Of a stretch of DNA of 64,000 bases, positions 21,328 through 34,298 are shown piece by piece. The notes beneath the pieces are model-generated. The model did no database searches. It saw nothing but the letters and a program-made list of their open reading frames with translations, and was not told where the DNA came from. A program made the translations under genes and the position numbers. How positions within the stretch are numbered: position 1 is the first letter of the stretch; each line of letters begins with the position of its first letter. Origin of the DNA: Pelagibacteraceae bacterium AG-333-C14 (GTDB lineage Bacteria > Pseudomonadota > Alphaproteobacteria > Pelagibacterales > AG-422-B15); assembly GCA_003282485.1 (NCBI GenBank), contig QBZD01000003.1:6953-70952 (forward strand), read 5' to 3'.

Positions 21328-22260
21328 ATGCATTCAAAAGTTCTCATAATAGGTTCAGGGCCTGCCGGGTATACAGCTGCCATTTACGCTGCGCGAGCTA
21401 TGTTGGAACCTACACTTGTACAGGGAATTCAGCCAGGAGGTCAATTAACAATTACTACTGATGTAGAAAATTACCCCGGTTACGGGGATGTAATACAAGG
21501 TCCTTGGCTAATGGAGCAAATGGAGGCTCAAGCAAAAAATGTTGGGACAAAAATAATTAGCGATATTATTGATAGTGTAGATTTTAAATCAACACCTTTT
21601 AAAGCTATGAGTGAGTCTGGCAAAACTTATACCGCCGACTCAGTAATCATTTCGACGGGTGCTCAAGCAAGATGGTTAGGCCTAGACTCTGAAAAGAAAT
21701 TTCAAGGTTACGGAGTTTCTGCGTGTGCTACATGTGATGGCTTTTTCTTTAAAGAAAAAAAAGTTGCTGTTATTGGTGGTGGCAATTCAGCTGTTGAAGA
21801 GGCTTTGTATTTAACTAATTTTGCATCAACAGTTTATTTAATACATAGAAGAAATGAGTTGAGAGCTGAAAAAATACTTCAAGATAGATTATTTAATAAT
21901 GAAAAAGTTAAATGTATCTGGGACCATCAATTGCAAGATATTCTAGGAGACGAAGATCCTCTCAATGTGAAAGGTATCAAAGTCAAAAATGTTAAAACAA
22001 ACGAGATACAAGATATAGAATTAGACGGAGTGTTTATTGCAATAGGACATGATCCTGCTACGCAGATTTTTAAAAATCAAGTTGAGATGGATAATGAAGG
22101 ATATATTATCACGAAACCTGATTCAACCTTAACAAATGTTAATGGTGTTTATGCTGCTGGAGATGTAAAGGATAAAACATATCGTCAAGCTGTGACTGCA
22201 GCTGGCATGGGGTGCATGGCTGCGCTTGAAGCAGAAAAGTTTCTAGCTGAAAAATCCTAA
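21328..22260 (+). CDS. trxB: Thioredoxin reductase
   Basis: GSGPAGYTAAIY, CATCDG, GGGNSAVEEA, YRQAVTAAG. Confidence 0.97.
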   Translation: MHSKVLIIGSGPAGYTAAIYAARAMLEPTLVQGIQPGGQLTITTDVENYPGYGDVIQGPWLMEQMEAQAKNVGTKIISDIIDSVDFKSTPFKAMSESGKTYTADSVIISTGAQARWLGLDSEKKFQGYGVSACATCDGFFFKEKKVAVIGGGNSAVEEALYLTNFASTVYLIHRRNELRAEKILQDRLFNNEKVKCIWDHQLQDILGDEDPLNVKGIKVKNVKTNEIQDIELDGVFIAIGHDPATQIFKNQVEMDNEGYIITKPDSTLTNVNGVYAAGDVKDKTYRQAVTAAGMGCMAALEAEKFLAEKS

Positions 22261-22261
22261 A

Positions 22262-23503
<1,242 letters not shown>

Positions 23504-23554
23504 TTATATTACAAATTAAGTATACTCAACTAAAATTGAAAAAATAGAAAATAA

Positions 23555-25609
23555 ATGCCTAATACTGAGCTACTAAAAGTCACATCTGAATATAGTCCTG
23601 CGGGGGACCAGCCTCAGGCCATTGAGGAAATTGTCAAAAGCATTAATGGCAATGAGATGGAGCAAGTTTTATTGGGAGTAACAGGATCAGGTAAAACATT
23701 CACCATGGCAAAAATTATAGAAAGAGTACAAAGACCAACATTGATTCTTGCCCCAAACAAAACGTTAGCTGCTCAACTGTATGGTGAGATGAAATCATTT
23801 TTTCCAAATAATGCTGTTGAATATTTTGTCTCGTATTATGATTATTATATACCCGAAGCTTACGTACCAAGATCAAATACTTATATTGAGAAGGAAGCGT
23901 CAATTAATGAGCAAATTGATCGCATGCGACACTCGGCTACACAGTCATTACTTGAAAGAAAAGATGTCATTATTGTTGCAAGTGTATCGTGTATTTATGG
24001 AATTGGTTCAGTTGAAACATACCGGTCTATGACTATAAGGCTTGAAAAAAATCAAAAAATTGGACGCAATGAGATAATACAAAAACTTATCACTCTTCAA
24101 TACACACGTAATGACACAGATTTCCATAGAGGTACTTTCAGGGTTAGAGGGGACCTTATAGAAATTTTTCCCTCTCATTATGAAGATAGGGCATGGAAAT
24201 TATCACTTTTTGGTGATGAGCTTGAGACAATTAATGAATTTGATCCCTTAACTGGAAAGAAAACTGATGAACTAGAAACTATAAAAATATATGCAAATAG
24301 TCACTATGTTACTCCAAGGCCTACATTACAAACTGCAATTAAACAAATCAGAAAAGATTTAGAGCTCAGAGTTCCAGAATTTAAAAAAGAAAATAAATTA
24401 ATTGAAGCTCAACGGATAGAGGAAAGAACGCGGTTTGATTTAGAAATGATTGAAGCGACGGGAAGTTGCCCAGGAATTGAAAATTACTCAAGATACCTGT
24501 CTGGCAGGAATCCAGGTGAAGCACCACCAACGCTATTTGAGTACTTGCCCGAAAATTCATTATTATTTGTAGACGAAAGTCATGTAACAATACCTCAGCT
24601 TGAAGGCATGTATAAAGGTGACAGAAGCAGAAAAACCACACTTTCTGAATATGGCTTTAGACTTCCATCCTGCCTTGATAACAGGCCATTAAAATTTGAA
24701 GAATGGGAAATGATGAGACCTCAAAGTCTGTTTATTTCTGCTACGCCAGGACCATGGGAGATGCAGAAAACTCAAGGCGTATTCACTGAACAAATCATAA
24801 GACCGACTGGACTTATAGATCCAGATATTGAGATTCGACCTGCTAAAACACAAGTTGAAGACCTTATTTCTGAATGTAAAAAAATCATTGATATGAAGTA
24901 TAGAGTCTTAGTTACAACTTTGACCAAACGGATGGCTGAGGATTTATCAGAGTACATGCACGAAAATGGCATTAAAGTAAAGTATATGCACTCAGACATC
25001 GATACCTTAGAAAGAATTGAAATAATTAGAGATTTAAGAAAAGGAATGTTCGATGTTCTGGTTGGGATTAATTTACTTAGAGAAGGACTCGATATACCTG
25101 AGTGCGCATTAGTGGCTATTCTTGATGCTGATAAAGAAGGGTTCTTAAGGTCTGAAAGATCGCTTGTTCAAACCATTGGAAGAGCAGCTCGTAATGTCGA
25201 TGGCAGGGTGATTCTTTATGCAGATAAAGAAACAGAAAGTATTAAAAAAGCAATAAAAGAGACTGATAGAAGAAGAGAGATTCAAAAAAGATTCAATCTT
25301 GAAAATAAGATCACTCCTGAGTCTATTAAAAGAGATATCAGTGATATTTTAGAGAGTATATATGAAAATGATAGGGTTAGCGTTGAATTACATGGTGAGA
25401 ATAATAATCTTGTAGGAGATAATTTGCAAAAGCATATCAAAGGGCTTAAAAAGAACATGATTGATTTAGCTGATGACTTAAATTTCGAGGAAGCTGCAAA
25501 GTTAAGAGATGAAATAAAAAGACTTGAAAATAATCAATTAGAATTGCCATCTAATAATCTTGGACAGTATAAAAAGAATAGAAGAAGCAAAAGGAAGTAT
25601 TTCACATAA
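23555..25609 (+). CDS. uvrB: Excinuclease ABC subunit B
   Basis: [32 protein letters not shown]-terminal UVR domain. Confidence 0.98.
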   Translation: MPNTELLKVTSEYSPAGDQPQAIEEIVKSINGNEMEQVLLGVTGSGKTFTMAKIIERVQRPTLILAPNKTLAAQLYGEMKSFFPNNAVEYFVSYYDYYIPEAYVPRSNTYIEKEASINEQIDRMRHSATQSLLERKDVIIVASVSCIYGIGSVETYRSMTIRLEKNQKIGRNEIIQKLITLQYTRNDTDFHRGTFRVRGDLIEIFPSHYEDRAWKLSLFGDELETINEFDPLTGKKTDELETIKIYANSHYVTPRPTLQTAIKQIRKDLELRVPEFKKENKLIEAQRIEERTRFDLEMIEATGSCPGIENYSRYLSGRNPGEAPPTLFEYLPENSLLFVDESHVTIPQLEGMYKGDRSRKTTLSEYGFRLPSCLDNRPLKFEEWEMMRPQSLFISATPGPWEMQKTQGVFTEQIIRPTGLIDPDIEIRPAKTQVEDLISECKKIIDMKYRVLVTTLTKRMAEDLSEYMHENGIKVKYMHSDIDTLERIEIIRDLRKGMFDVLVGINLLREGLDIPECALVAILDADKEGFLRSERSLVQTIGRAARNVDGRVILYADKETESIKKAIKETDRRREIQKRFNLENKITPESIKRDISDILESIYENDRVSVELHGENNNLVGDNLQKHIKGLKKNMIDLADDLNFEEAAKLRDEIKRLENNQLELPSNNLGQYKKNRRSKRKYFT

Positions 25610-26542
25610 ATGTTTGTCGATATTTTAATTTTATTGATTGGACTTGTACTATTACTTTACAGCGCTGACATGATGATAGGTTCCTCTGATCTAATTGCAA
25701 AAAAATTTCAACTATCGCCTATTCTTATAGGTCTAACAATTGTTGCATTCGGTACATCAGCTCCCGAACTAGTTATTACCTTATTCGCAGCTTCTAAAGA
25801 AATCCCAGCAACAGACGCTATAATTGGTAACATTATTGGCTCAAACATTGCTAATATTTTACTTATTTTAGGCACTGCCTCACTTTTTTTTAAAATAGAT
25901 TTAAGTAATATCGGACTTAAAGATAATAGTTTTTTGCTAATACTAACATTTTATTTTGCAGCAATGTTCTATATTGCAAGCTCTCTTAATTTTACAATTA
26001 TTATTGGATTAATAGTTTTTGTAATACTTTTTTTGAACATACTTAAAAATTATGAGTCTAATAATGAAGAAGTAAAATTCAAAGAATTTAGTAAAAGAAC
26101 CTACGTAATTCTCTTATTTTCATTTATTGGTATCTTTATTGGTGGAAAAATATTTTTAGACAGTTCACTTAGTATCTTTACAACTTTTGGATTAGAAGAG
26201 ACAATAATAGGAATATCTATTTTAGCAATTGGCACCTCACTTCCTGAACTAGCAACTGTAGTAATTTCTTACATAAGAAAAAAAGGTTCTATTGGCATTG
26301 GTAACATTATTGGAAGCAATATAATGAATATTCTTTTTGTTTTCTTGCCAGGTGCAATAATAATTAAATCAAGAAACTTAGATTTTTCATTAGAAAATAT
26401 TGATTTAATGCATGTTAACGTGTTGGTATTAGTGACATTAATCATTGCAGCAATGTCATTATTAAAAATGAAATTGAATAAAATTTTTGCTTTGGGTTTT
26501 CTATTGTCATATGTGGTATATATAACTTATTCAGTATTATGA
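25610..26542 (+). CDS. Ca2+/Na+ antiporter (YrbG/CaCA family)
   Basis: Duplicated alpha repeats GTSAPE/GTSLPE and GNIIGSNI. Confidence 0.9.
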   Translation: MFVDILILLIGLVLLLYSADMMIGSSDLIAKKFQLSPILIGLTIVAFGTSAPELVITLFAASKEIPATDAIIGNIIGSNIANILLILGTASLFFKIDLSNIGLKDNSFLLILTFYFAAMFYIASSLNFTIIIGLIVFVILFLNILKNYESNNEEVKFKEFSKRTYVILLFSFIGIFIGGKIFLDSSLSIFTTFGLEETIIGISILAIGTSLPELATVVISYIRKKGSIGIGNIIGSNIMNILFVFLPGAIIIKSRNLDFSLENIDLMHVNVLVLVTLIIAAMSLLKMKLNKIFALGFLLSYVVYITYSVL

Positions 26543-27264
26543 AAAAACAAACTATTTTAATTACTGGAGGCGCTCAAAGAATTGGCAAAGCTATTGCTTT
26601 AAGCTTGAAGAGTAATAACCTAAATTTTGTTATTCATTATAATAGCTCTATTAAAGAGGCTAAAGATTTAAAAAATAGTCTCATAAAATCTGGAAATCAA
26701 TGTGAAATAATTAAGTGTGATTTAAACAAACCAGGTCAAGTTTCAAAGATAATATTAAAATCAAAAAGAATTTTTGGATCAGTCGATTTTCTTGTTAATA
26801 ATGCTTCTCTATTTTTAAATGACAATATTGAAACACTCAATGATGGCTTGTGGTATGATCATATGAATATAAATTTGTATGCACCTTTGATATTATCCAA
26901 AGAATTCAAAAAGCACTTACCAAAAAACTCCAACGGGCATATCATAAATATTTTAGATCAAAATGTAGTCAACGCTGATACTTCATTTCTTTCTTACTCA
27001 ATTTCAAAGGCTGCTCTTTATGCAGCTACACCAATATTAGCTAAATCTTTTGCTCCAAATATAAGAGTTAATTCGATTGGTCCCGGACCAACTTTAAAAA
27101 ATATTCATCAATCAAAGAAACACTTTGATAAGTCATTGAAAAATACAATTTTAAAGATTGGTTCACCTCCGGAAGAAATAGCAAAATCTGTTAAATTTCT
27201 GCTTGAATCAAAGTCAATAACAGGTCAATTTATAGCCGTTGACGGGGGGGAGCATTTATCATGA
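26539..27264 (+). CDS. SDR oxidoreductase, pteridine-reductase/FolM-like
   Basis: TGGAQRIG, NNAS, YSISK; adjacent to folB. Confidence 0.8.
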   Translation: MKKQTILITGGAQRIGKAIALSLKSNNLNFVIHYNSSIKEAKDLKNSLIKSGNQCEIIKCDLNKPGQVSKIILKSKRIFGSVDFLVNNASLFLNDNIETLNDGLWYDHMNINLYAPLILSKEFKKHLPKNSNGHIINILDQNVVNADTSFLSYSISKAALYAATPILAKSFAPNIRVNSIGPGPTLKNIHQSKKHFDKSLKNTILKIGSPPEEIAKSVKFLLESKSITGQFIAVDGGEHLS

Positions 27265-27686
27265 ATCATAAAAATGTACTAAAAATTAACGATTTAAAAT
27301 CAAATACAGATTTAGTAGATCCATTGTCAGGGTATGATTTGATATTTTTAAATGATTTTATGATTGACGCAAACATTGGTGTCTACAAACATGAAAAGTT
27401 GAAGCGACAGCCACTTAGAATAAACGTTATTGCTAAAGTTAAAAACCCTAAAACAATTAATGACAGCAGATTACAAAGTGTTGTTTGCTATAATCAAATA
27501 TCAAAAAAAATAAAAAAAATTATAGGTGCTGGTCATACAATTCTTCTTGAGAAGTTAGCTGAAAAGATATTTCAAGAATGTTTCAAAAATAAAAGAATTG
27601 AGACAATGAAAATTAGGCTAGAAAAATTAGACGCAATAAAAGAGGCTGCGAGTGCTGGTATTGAAATTGAGCGCTCACGCGCTTAA
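27261..27686 (+). CDS. folB: Dihydroneopterin aldolase
   Basis: IGVYKHEK..QPL, VCY, LLEKLAE, RLEK. Confidence 0.88.
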   Translation: MNHKNVLKINDLKSNTDLVDPLSGYDLIFLNDFMIDANIGVYKHEKLKRQPLRINVIAKVKNPKTINDSRLQSVVCYNQISKKIKKIIGAGHTILLEKLAEKIFQECFKNKRIETMKIRLEKLDAIKEAASAGIEIERSRA

Positions 27687-27688
27687 AA

Positions 27689-29521
27689 ATGAATAGTACA
27701 GAAAATCTAAAAGAAATTATAAATCAATCCCCTACTTCTGCAGGCATTTATAAAATGCTGAATGAAAAAGATGAAATACTTTACGTAGGGAAAGCAAAGA
27801 ATATTCAAAATCGCCTTAAAAGTTACCTGAATGGTAATAATTTATCAAACCGCATAAAAAGAATGGTCAGTAAAATCTCAACTATTGACGTTGTAATTAC
27901 ACAAACTGAAAAAGAAGCATTGCTTTTAGAGGCAAATTTAATCAAGAAACTAAAGCCACCATTTAATATACTTCTTCGTGACGACAAATCATTTCCTTAT
28001 ATCTTTATTAACCATGAACAGGAATATCCACAAATTACAAAACATAGAGGTAAGCAAAGATTTAAAGGAAAGTATTTTGGGCCATTTGCAACAATTAACT
28101 CTCTTAATTATACATTAAAAATATTACAGAAAGTTTTCTTACTACGTTCATGTGATGACACAATATTTGAAAATAGATCGAAACCCTGCCTGCTTTATCA
28201 AATTGAAAGATGCAGCGGTCCTTGTGTAAATGATACAATTAATAAAAAAGACTACAATGCAACAGTAAAGAATGCTGAGAATTTTCTTTCAGGTCATCAC
28301 AGTACTCTACAGGCAGAGCTTTCAAAGAAGATGGAAAGAGAAAGTGAAATTTTGAATTATGAAAAGGCTGCAAGTTATAGAGATAAAATTGAAGCTTTAA
28401 CTCAAATTCAAAGCCAGCAGAATATAAACTTGCACGACATTAAAAATACTGACGTGATATCTATTTCAAGAAAAGGAAACAAATCTTGCGTGCAAGTATT
28501 CATATACAGATCAGGCCAGAATTGGGGAAATAGATCATACTTTCCAAAACATGGGGAAGAAGTTGAAACTTATGAAATATTGGAGAGGTTTATAGTTGAT
28601 TTTTACACAAAGTATTCACCTCCAAAAAACGTACTCATAAATACTTCCATTAATAATTCTAAACTCATTAAAAATTCTCTAAAATCGATTTATTCTTATC
28701 AAACAAATTTTTCAATTCCGAAACAAGGTAAAAAATTAGAAATCATTAATTATGCAATAAGGAATTCTGAATTATCATTAAAAAATCATATTACCCAGTC
28801 GTTCTCTGATAAAGAAAATTTAAAAGCCTTAAAAAAAGATTTAGGAATTACCCATGATATTAATCGAATAGAAGCTTTTGATAATAGTCACTTATTTGGC
28901 AAAAATGCTGTTGGAGCCATGATTGTGTTTTCAAACGAAGGTTTTGATAAAAAATCTTATAGAAAATTTAATATTGACTCAAACAAAGTTAAACCTGGGG
29001 ACGACTATGGCATGATGCGGCATGTTCTAGAGAGAAGATTTTCTTCTGAAGCAATAAAAAATCAAAAAAAATATCAAAATTTACCTGAACTTCTCATAAT
29101 AGATGGTGGCAAGGGCCATTATGATTTGGCTAAAAAAATATTAGATGAAAAAAATTTAAATAAAATTAAATTAGCGTCAATTTTTAAGGGCGAAGGAAGA
29201 AAGGAAAGCCTAGATCAGATTATTTTCAATGATAAGAAAAATTATATAAAGAAAGATACACCTTCATTTTTCTTTATGCAAAGGCTCAGAGATGAATCAC
29301 ATAGATATGCTATTGGAGCTCACAGAGACAAAAGAAAAAAAGAAATGCACACATCAGAATTAGAGCCAATTGAAGGCCTGGGACGAGTAAGAAAAAAGCT
29401 ACTACTGAATCATTTTGGATCAATTAAAAATATTAAAACTGCATCATCTCAAGATATTATGAAGGTTAAAGGAATAAGCAGGTTGCTATCAGAAAAAATA
29501 TATGCTTACTTTAATGATTGA
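27689..29521 (+). CDS. uvrC: Excinuclease ABC subunit C
   Basis: GIY-YIG (GIY...YVGKAK), RIEAFDNSH, IDGGKG, RDESHR, HhH. Confidence 0.97.
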   Translation: MNSTENLKEIINQSPTSAGIYKMLNEKDEILYVGKAKNIQNRLKSYLNGNNLSNRIKRMVSKISTIDVVITQTEKEALLLEANLIKKLKPPFNILLRDDKSFPYIFINHEQEYPQITKHRGKQRFKGKYFGPFATINSLNYTLKILQKVFLLRSCDDTIFENRSKPCLLYQIERCSGPCVNDTINKKDYNATVKNAENFLSGHHSTLQAELSKKMERESEILNYEKAASYRDKIEALTQIQSQQNINLHDIKNTDVISISRKGNKSCVQVFIYRSGQNWGNRSYFPKHGEEVETYEILERFIVDFYTKYSPPKNVLINTSINNSKLIKNSLKSIYSYQTNFSIPKQGKKLEIINYAIRNSELSLKNHITQSFSDKENLKALKKDLGITHDINRIEAFDNSHLFGKNAVGAMIVFSNEGFDKKSYRKFNIDSNKVKPGDDYGMMRHVLERRFSSEAIKNQKKYQNLPELLIIDGGKGHYDLAKKILDEKNLNKIKLASIFKGEGRKESLDQIIFNDKKNYIKKDTPSFFFMQRLRDESHRYAIGAHRDKRKKEMHTSELEPIEGLGRVRKKLLLNHFGSIKNIKTASSQDIMKVKGISRLLSEKIYAYFND

Positions 29522-30063
29522 TGTCAAAGTTACCAAACATATTAACAATTTCAAGAATAGTACTGCTTCCAGTCCTAATAATATTAATTCTTTCTGATTC
29601 AAATTTAATAAATTTCTTATCAATAGTTTTATTTATTGTGATGTCGATTACCGATTATCTTGATGGATTAATTGCCAGAAAGACAAAAAATACATCAAAC
29701 TTTGGAAAAATGCTTGATCCCATCGCTGATAAACTCTTTGTAGTTCTTATCTTGATTACTTTTATTTCAGATAGCATGTTGTTAGGAATACATCTCATAC
29801 CTGCATATCTAATTATAGCTAGAGAAATATTTATTTCTGGCTTGAGAGAATATGCATCAAGTGATGATAACAAAAAAGAAATACCTGTATCAAATTTAGG
29901 TAAATATAAAACTGCAGCTCAAATGAGCGGCTTATTTTTGATACTCTTGGCCGATGTGTACAGTAGTTTATTATTAATTAACGATTTTGGCATAGCGCTT
30001 TTGTGGATTGCTATGATAGCGTCGCTATATAGTGGTTATCAATACTATAGAAAGATTTTTTAA
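29518..30063 (+). CDS. pgsA: CDP-diacylglycerol--glycerol-3-phosphate 3-phosphatidyltransferase
   Basis: PNILTISR, DYLDGLIAR...FGKMLDPIADK; follows uvrC. Confidence 0.95.
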   Translation: MMSKLPNILTISRIVLLPVLIILILSDSNLINFLSIVLFIVMSITDYLDGLIARKTKNTSNFGKMLDPIADKLFVVLILITFISDSMLLGIHLIPAYLIIAREIFISGLREYASSDDNKKEIPVSNLGKYKTAAQMSGLFLILLADVYSSLLLINDFGIALLWIAMIASLYSGYQYYRKIF

Positions 30064-30945
30064 CTAAGATCTTACTAGATCGTGATAATCTTGCATGAAC
30101 TGAAAATTTTGGCTTTCATCGCCAGTCTTAAATTGAATACTATCAATTGATTGTATTGGAGTAATTTCAGCGGCTGTCCCAGTTAAAAAAGCCTCTTCAT
30201 AGTTGGCCATTTCATCTGGCATTATATGTTTTTCCTCAACTGAAAATCCTTTTTTTGTCACCATCTCAATAACTGTTTGCCTAGTTATGCCATTTAGGAA
30301 ACAATCTGGTATAGGTGTATGTATTGTTTTATTTTTTATAAAAAATATATTCGCCCCTGTTCCTTCCGCTACATAGCCTCTGTAATCCAGCATTAAAGCA
30401 TCATTGTAGCCTTTACTCTCCGCATATTCCTTTGACATTGTACAAATAACATAAGGTCCTGATGCTTTAGCCTCACATGGAGCAGTATCAGGTGCTGGTC
30501 GTTTCCAGGGTGATGTAATCAACCTTAGGCCTGCTTTTCTATCTTCAATTTTGAAATATGATGCCCAATCATCCCAGACGGCAATGGCAACATTTATATC
30601 AGCATTAGATGTCGATAATCCCATCTGCTGACTTCCACGCCAGGCAATTGGACGAACATAACAATCTTGATAACCCATCTTACTGATTAAATCATCTTTA
30701 GCCTTGTTAATTTCTTTCTGAGTATAGGGAATTTTTATGCCAACTGTTTCAGCTGACTTAAATAGTCTTTTCGTATGTTCATCAGATTTAAATATTTTTC
30801 CTTTATAGGCCCTCTCACCTTCAAAAACAGAACTTGCATAATGAAGTCCCTGGGTGATGACATGACATTTAGCATCATTCCATGGAATAAATTTGCCATT
30901 CATCCATATAAAGCCATCTCTGTTATCAAATGGTGGTATTTCCAT
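30064..30945 (-). CDS. ilvE: Branched-chain amino acid aminotransferase
   Basis: LHYASSVFEG, EGTGANIF, LNGITR, FLTGTAAE. Confidence 0.93.
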   Translation of the reverse strand: MEIPPFDNRDGFIWMNGKFIPWNDAKCHVITQGLHYASSVFEGERAYKGKIFKSDEHTKRLFKSAETVGIKIPYTQKEINKAKDDLISKMGYQDCYVRPIAWRGSQQMGLSTSNADINVAIAVWDDWASYFKIEDRKAGLRLITSPWKRPAPDTAPCEAKASGPYVICTMSKEYAESKGYNDALMLDYRGYVAEGTGANIFFIKNKTIHTPIPDCFLNGITRQTVIEMVTKKGFSVEEKHIMPDEMANYEEAFLTGTAAEITPIQSIDSIQFKTGDESQNFQFMQDYHDLVRS

Positions 30946-31028
30946 ATATTTTTTATTTAATTTAAGAATAGATTACATAACAGAAAAACTCCTTGATTAA
31001 TATATATTTTTATCGTAACTATGTCATA

Positions 31029-31505
31029 GTGGCTGACTTAAATACATCCAATAACAAAGCATCTTCTCTGCTCTATCTTCGTGAAGACCGTATCAAAATT
31101 TCATTAAATAATTTTTTTGAAGCTAATAGAATATTTGAAAAAGAAATTTTTAATAATTTAGATGATGAACAGCTTGGCATGGCTGATATTAGATGTCTTT
31201 TAGTAATAAATTTAAATCCTGGGATAATATTTAATGAACTGTTAAATATTCTTGATATCAGAAAACAAAGTTTGAATAGAGTTTTAAGAGGTTTATTAAA
31301 GGAAAAATTTATTATTCAAAAAATTAATTCTGATGATGGCAGAAAAAAGAATTTATATCTCACCGATACTGCTACAGACAAATTAAATAATGTTATTAAA
31401 CCTTTAATAGATAGACTCTCAAAATCTTATGTTAAATCTGGGGCTAACGCTGTTCAGGGATTTAATATGGTCGTAAACAGTTTAATAGAAAAAAATAATG
31501 AATAA
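31029..31505 (+). CDS. MarR family regulator (PetP-like)
   Basis: SLLYLRED, IRKQSLNRVL, DGRKKNLYLT; probable GTG start at 31029; precedes an OmpR-type pair. Confidence 0.8.
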   Translation: MADLNTSNNKASSLLYLREDRIKISLNNFFEANRIFEKEIFNNLDDEQLGMADIRCLLVINLNPGIIFNELLNILDIRKQSLNRVLRGLLKEKFIIQKINSDDGRKKNLYLTDTATDKLNNVIKPLIDRLSKSYVKSGANAVQGFNMVVNSLIEKNNE

Positions 31506-32175
31506 TAATCTACAACACTTACTTATTGTTGACGATGATGACAAAATTAGAAACCTTTTAAAATCATATTTAATAGAACATAGCTTTCTTATTTCTACTG
31601 CTGCTAATGCAGAAGAGGCCAAAGAGTTACTTAAGTATATAGTTTTTGATCTACTAATCGTAGATATCATGATGCCAGGACAAGATGGCTACGAGCTCAC
31701 AAAGGATATAAGGCAGTCATCTCTCACGCCTATAATCCATCTAACGGCCATGAATGAGTCGGAGAATAGAGTTCATGGACTCGAAATTGGTGCTGATGAT
31801 TATTTAAGTAAACCTTTTGAACCAAAGGAATTACTACTAAGAATAAGAAATATAATAAATAAAACATCGACTAAAAATATTAAAAGTAAGATCCAACTAG
31901 ATAATATAGTAATAGATTTATCAAGTGGGTCCATAAAAGGAAGAACAGCAGACTTATCGCTTAATCAAAATGAGTTAAAAATTTTGCAACTCCTCTCCGC
32001 TAACCCAGGCAAGTCATTTTCTAGAGATCAATTAATAACAGAGTTAAATTTTTCGCAGGAACGTACATTAGATGTATGTATTAATAGGTTAAGAAAGAAA
32101 ATTGAAAAGAATCCGAAAATACCTAGATTTTTGCGAACAAAAAGAGGTTCAGGATATGAACTGTGGATTGATTAG
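31498..32175 (+). CDS. OmpR-family response regulator (PetR-like)
   Basis: IVDDD, DIMMPG, GADDYLSKPF; winged helix DVCINRLRKKIE...RGSGY. Confidence 0.92.
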   Translation: MNNNLQHLLIVDDDDKIRNLLKSYLIEHSFLISTAANAEEAKELLKYIVFDLLIVDIMMPGQDGYELTKDIRQSSLTPIIHLTAMNESENRVHGLEIGADDYLSKPFEPKELLLRIRNIINKTSTKNIKSKIQLDNIVIDLSSGSIKGRTADLSLNQNELKILQLLSANPGKSFSRDQLITELNFSQERTLDVCINRLRKKIEKNPKIPRFLRTKRGSGYELWID

Positions 32176-32178
32176 ATA

Positions 32179-33471
32179 ATGTTTAGAAATTTACTTCCTA
32201 CAAGCTTACTAGGCCGAACAATTTTAATAGTTTTGTTTCCTATAGTTATGTTTCAATTAATTATTTTATCCTACTACTATAATAGTTTGTGGGAGCGTAC
32301 CCTCAATAGGCTTTCAAGGTCAGTTGCAATGGAAATACAAATGGTTGCCAGACAATATGATGAAGGCCAAGGTTCTTTAATTAATATAAAAAATGTACAA
32401 GAAATATTTTTATTTGACGTAAATACTTATGACCAGGTAGAATTTTTTTATGAGACAGAAAATTATAATACGCAAATTCTTAATAGTTTTAGTCAAGAAC
32501 TAGCCACAAGAATTGAAAATCCTTTTTCAATCAAAGAGACACTTAATGATACAATTGAAGTGATTATACAATTTGATTCCTCATTTATAATGCTTACTTT
32601 TCCAAAAGATAGGATAACTACCGCTCGAAATCATATTTTTCTCGGTTGGCAGATTATATCCGCACTTATATTGGTTCTCATTTCTTATTTATTTCTTAAA
32701 AATCAAGTAAAACCAATTAGTAATTTGGCAAAGGCAGCAGAGCAATTTGGTAAAGGACAAGAGTTGGATAATTTTAAAATTTCAGGAGCTCTTGAAGTTA
32801 GACAGGCTGGTAAAGAATTTATAAAAATGAAGAATCGAATATTAAAACAAATTGATCAACGCTCTCTAATGCTTGCTGGGGTAAGTCATGATTTAAAAAC
32901 ACCATTGACCAGAATGAAACTAATAATAGAAACACTAGATAATAAGGGTATAAAAAAAGATATTAATGATGAAATTAATCATATGAATGAAATGCTAATT
33001 GAATACCTTGATTTCGCAGCCTCTGATGATTCAAAAGATAGGTCTGTGATTAACCCCATAGAAGCTATCATTAAAATTAAAAATGATGTTCATTTTAGGA
33101 GCCACAAAATTGAACTAGAGGTACTCAACGATCAGGCTGCAACGGTAAATGAAAATGTGTTTGTACGGTCAATTACAAATATTTTGAATAATGCCATTGA
33201 TAAAGCAGGCAAAATTATCATCAAAGCTGAGGTGAATAGCAGAATGATTAAAATCAATATTCACGACAATGGCCCAGGTATTGATGATGAAGAAAAAGCA
33301 AATGTATTCAAGCCCTTCTATAGGATTGACAAAAGTAGGAATCAAAACAAGACAAACTCAGGTTTAGGTCTGGCAACTACTAAATCACTACTTGGCTCAA
33401 TAAACGGAAAAATAAGTTTGCATGATAGTTATTTAGGCGGCTTGGAAGTAGCTATAGTAATACAAAATTAA
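32179..33471 (+). CDS. EnvZ-like sensor histidine kinase
   Basis: Two TM helices, HAMP, SHDLKTPLTR, DNGPG, GLGL. Confidence 0.92.
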   Translation: MFRNLLPTSLLGRTILIVLFPIVMFQLIILSYYYNSLWERTLNRLSRSVAMEIQMVARQYDEGQGSLINIKNVQEIFLFDVNTYDQVEFFYETENYNTQILNSFSQELATRIENPFSIKETLNDTIEVIIQFDSSFIMLTFPKDRITTARNHIFLGWQIISALILVLISYLFLKNQVKPISNLAKAAEQFGKGQELDNFKISGALEVRQAGKEFIKMKNRILKQIDQRSLMLAGVSHDLKTPLTRMKLIIETLDNKGIKKDINDEINHMNEMLIEYLDFAASDDSKDRSVINPIEAIIKIKNDVHFRSHKIELEVLNDQAATVNENVFVRSITNILNNAIDKAGKIIIKAEVNSRMIKINIHDNGPGIDDEEKANVFKPFYRIDKSRNQNKTNSGLGLATTKSLLGSINGKISLHDSYLGGLEVAIVIQN

Positions 33472-34298
33472 TTAGCCTTACTAAGCTCCCTTGACCGTTT
33501 CTTTGCTTTATCAATGGCTTTAGAAATTAGAGTACTAAGGCCATTTTTGTTTTCTAATATTTTAAGCGCAGCTTCAGTTGTTCCTCCCTTACTAGTAACA
33601 CTCTTTTTTAAATGGATTGGACCATCTTTTTCATTTAAAAGAAGCAAAAGGGACCCAAGAAAAGTTTGAAGAACCATATTTTTTGAATTTTTGAACCCAG
33701 ACTTATCAGCTATTTTAATAAGCGTTTCAATAAAAAGAAATATATAGGCAGGGCCACTTCCAAAGATTGCTGTGAAATCATCAATAATTTTTTCATTTTT
33801 AGTTTCATTTATTTGCCCTAGTAATGATAGGAAATTCCTAACTATTTTCTTTTGATCACTTTTAATTGTTTTATCAAAACAAATGAGAGTTGTACCCATA
33901 TTGACTGATGCCGGGGTATTTGTCATAGCTCTCACAATACCTTTATTTAGAGTAAATATTTTTTTTAAATCAGAAATCTTCTTTCCTGCTACGATCGACA
34001 CAATAAGAGAATTAGACAAAAATTTTTCTAAAGAACTGTCAACTGCAGCATTTAATTGATTTGGCTTTACAGAAATTAATGAAATAGATGGTACAAATTT
34101 ATATTTTAGCAACCGAACATTTTTGATAATTTTAAGATTGTGTTTTGACTTTAACTTTTTTAGTTTTGGTGTAATTTTTTTTTCAATAATTAAGATATTT
34201 TTTGATGATATCTTATTTTCAATCAATGAATTGAGTACTGCGTAGCCCATATTTCCAGCGCCAATAATAAGAAATTTTTGTTTTTTAAGATTTATCAT
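33468..34298 (-). CDS. proC: Pyrroline-5-carboxylate reductase
   Basis: GAGNMG, VKP, RAMTNTP, GSGPAY, VTSKGGTT. Confidence 0.95.
   Translation of the reverse strand: MINLKKQKFLIIGAGNMGYAVLNSLIENKISSKNILIIEKKITPKLKKLKSKHNLKIIKNVRLLKYKFVPSISLISVKPNQLNAAVDSSLEKFLSNSLIVSIVAGKKISDLKKIFTLNKGIVRAMTNTPASVNMGTTLICFDKTIKSDQKKIVRNFLSLLGQINETKNEKIIDDFTAIFGSGPAYIFLFIETLIKIADKSGFKNSKNMVLQTFLGSLLLLLNEKDGPIHLKKSVTSKGGTTEAALKILENKNGLSTLISKAIDKAKKRSRELSKAN

Noticed and set aside
23504-23554. SOS (LexA) box upstream of uvrB
   Set aside because: No GTTC-N7-GTTC-like repeat found.
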